Shown here: positions 62,351 through 64,000 of the stretch, piece after piece
How positions within the stretch are numbered: the first letter of the stretch is position 1
Layout of the letters: every line of letters begins with the position of its first letter
Notes under the pieces: model-generated
What the model saw: only the letters and a program-made list of their open reading frames with translations
The model's database searches: none
What the model was told of the DNA's origin: nothing
Origin: Asterias rubens
Lineage: Eukaryota
Assembly (NCBI RefSeq): GCF_902459465.1
Contig: NC_047081.1
Location: forward strand, 1,240,001 to 1,304,000
Reading direction: 5' to 3'
Length of the DNA: 64,000 bases
Position numbers and translations under genes: made by a program

Positions 62351-62752
62351 AGGGAAGATATACGTTTTGGTAATCACTCTTAAAATTAATAGCACTAAAA
62401 GCACGTGATTAGAAGCACACAGTAGTTTTGCGATAGTATAAAGCAATGTGAGGATCATTTCACTTCAAAGTATTGGACTTCGAAGTAACTGGGTCATACA
62501 TTATGTTAAAAAGATATAAGTTTTTATACCCCAAAATTTGAACCTGAGAAACTCTTCTCAGTTTGTGAATTCCTATTAGAGATGACTTTTCATGCATGGA
62601 CATATTCGGTCCGGATTTGCGGCAATATCTCAAAAAACGAGACCACTTATGAAATGAAATTTTCGGATGTTAGATTTACCGTTTACATAGATCTACATTT
62701 TAATGAATAATAAAAACAATCGAACGGTTACAATAAAAGGAATGCTGTGCCT
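62351..62752. mobile_element. Degraded TTAA-flanked MITE
   Basis: TTAA-AGGGAAGATATACG left end, ...GCCT-TTAA right end. Confidence 0.55.
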
Positions 62753-64000
62753 TTAAAAACAAACACATAAAAGCTTCCTTTTATCATGAAGCCAATCCAC
62801 TGATCAGTTGTTCAAGTCGTGCATGGGTGATCAGGCAGTGAATGTACTTTTATTTAATGGGGTTTTACTGCGACTAATCGTTTCTAAATTTGCAGTCACT
62901 TCACATACAATGCATTCGGGGACTCTGGGTTCTCTCCATGCACAAGCTAGCATATGGGGCAGATATGCGCAAATTGAGTGCCATACACGCGAATTGTGGA
63001 CAATTTAAATATATAAAAAAAATATAAAAAAAATAAAAAATTCAAAATAAAACCATTTATAATGCTCTAGATTGCACAGAGAACCTCTTTCTATATCTAA
63101 TTCCTTAGAAGGGAATCATTTCTCAAAATGTTATTCGTTATCGAAGTAAGTTTGTTATGGTCATTGATAGTCCAAAATCTCAATACAGTGTATTACATGA
63201 TTTGGACAAGTCTCAAACAATAAGCAACCCTGGTGCTTCAATCTTGAAAGGGCAAGTGCACCAAAGCGCTTTCTCCTTTGTAAAGGGCACCTCTATCAAT
63301 TTTGATTAGAACGCTACATGTATCATGAGGGCATGGAGAAATGAATCATCAAGCCTGATTCACATTCACAACCTCCCTCAACTCGTCCGCAAAAAAAAAA
63401 ACCGAGAATAAAACAAAGCTCAAGCAATGCCTGGGTAGATTTTAGACTTTTGATTGCTCCAAACTAAGGGCCCCCTTGCCCAGGAAAATATACATTACGT
63501 GAGCGCAGCTTTACGTGAGCGCAGCCCTGCCAGGTAAGCCTTTCGTCTACAGGGCAGCGACATCTCTTGATTAAAATGCTAACTTCTCCTGCCTCTACAA
63601 ACACCCCCCCCCCCCACATTATCAAGTCCCTAGATTTTAACAAACGATACTGCATAGTAAATGTATCTTTATAGATCACCACAATATGTCTTGGTTTTAC
63701 CTCCAGGTCAACTTTTGTTAAGGGCCATTTCAGAGGAGAAAATTTACAGTCAACTAGTTCCAGGCAATTCCAGGCAAAGGGAATGTCAAAAAAATTGTCT
63801 TGGATTCAGTACAAGAACAGGAGAGAAAAATTGCTCTTGAGCAACCAAAATGTTCCTCTTGCATGAATTTTTAAAAGTTGCACAAATTCATTAAAACTGT
63901 AAAAGTTGGACACATTCTTTCAATTCTAAAAGTTGTCTGAATTCTGTAAATCTGTACAAATTCTTTTATAAAAATATTCTCTATATCCCATGACATAATT

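Noticed and set aside
63495-63525. Tandem TTACGTGAGCGCAGC containing HRE-like TACGTG
   Set aside because: Simple 16-bp duplication; no linked promoter evidence in the window.

Overview
AT-rich eukaryotic (invertebrate deuterostome-like, possibly sea star; taxon is inference only) genomic window. It is dominated by the 5' part of one canonical ankyrin gene (ANK1/2/3, unc-44 family) on the minus strand. A first coding exon ([21 protein letters not shown], 52761-52823), a 33-aa linker exon (30170-30268) and 16 ankyrin-repeat exons (28717 down to 180) all have GT-AG boundaries in phase 0. They splice into an uninterrupted ~811-aa frame covering repeats 1-23; the gene continues off the left edge. 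Introns carry TTAA-flanked and other MITEs, tRNA-derived SINEs and an L2-type LINE 3' end. The most interesting signal is a hidden layer of alternative exons in the introns. The best supported is a 105-nt exon (12281-12385) that duplicates ankyrin repeat 5, sits behind a 217-nt AG-free zone, has tandem donors, and has a perfect 19-nt antisense partner 3.2 kb downstream. Others are a 9-nt microexon (PLW), a 36-nt cassette candidate, a poison-exon candidate, and an alternative first exon near an RFX X-box that would replace repeat 1. All of these alternative exons are predictions from sequence and need RNA evidence.
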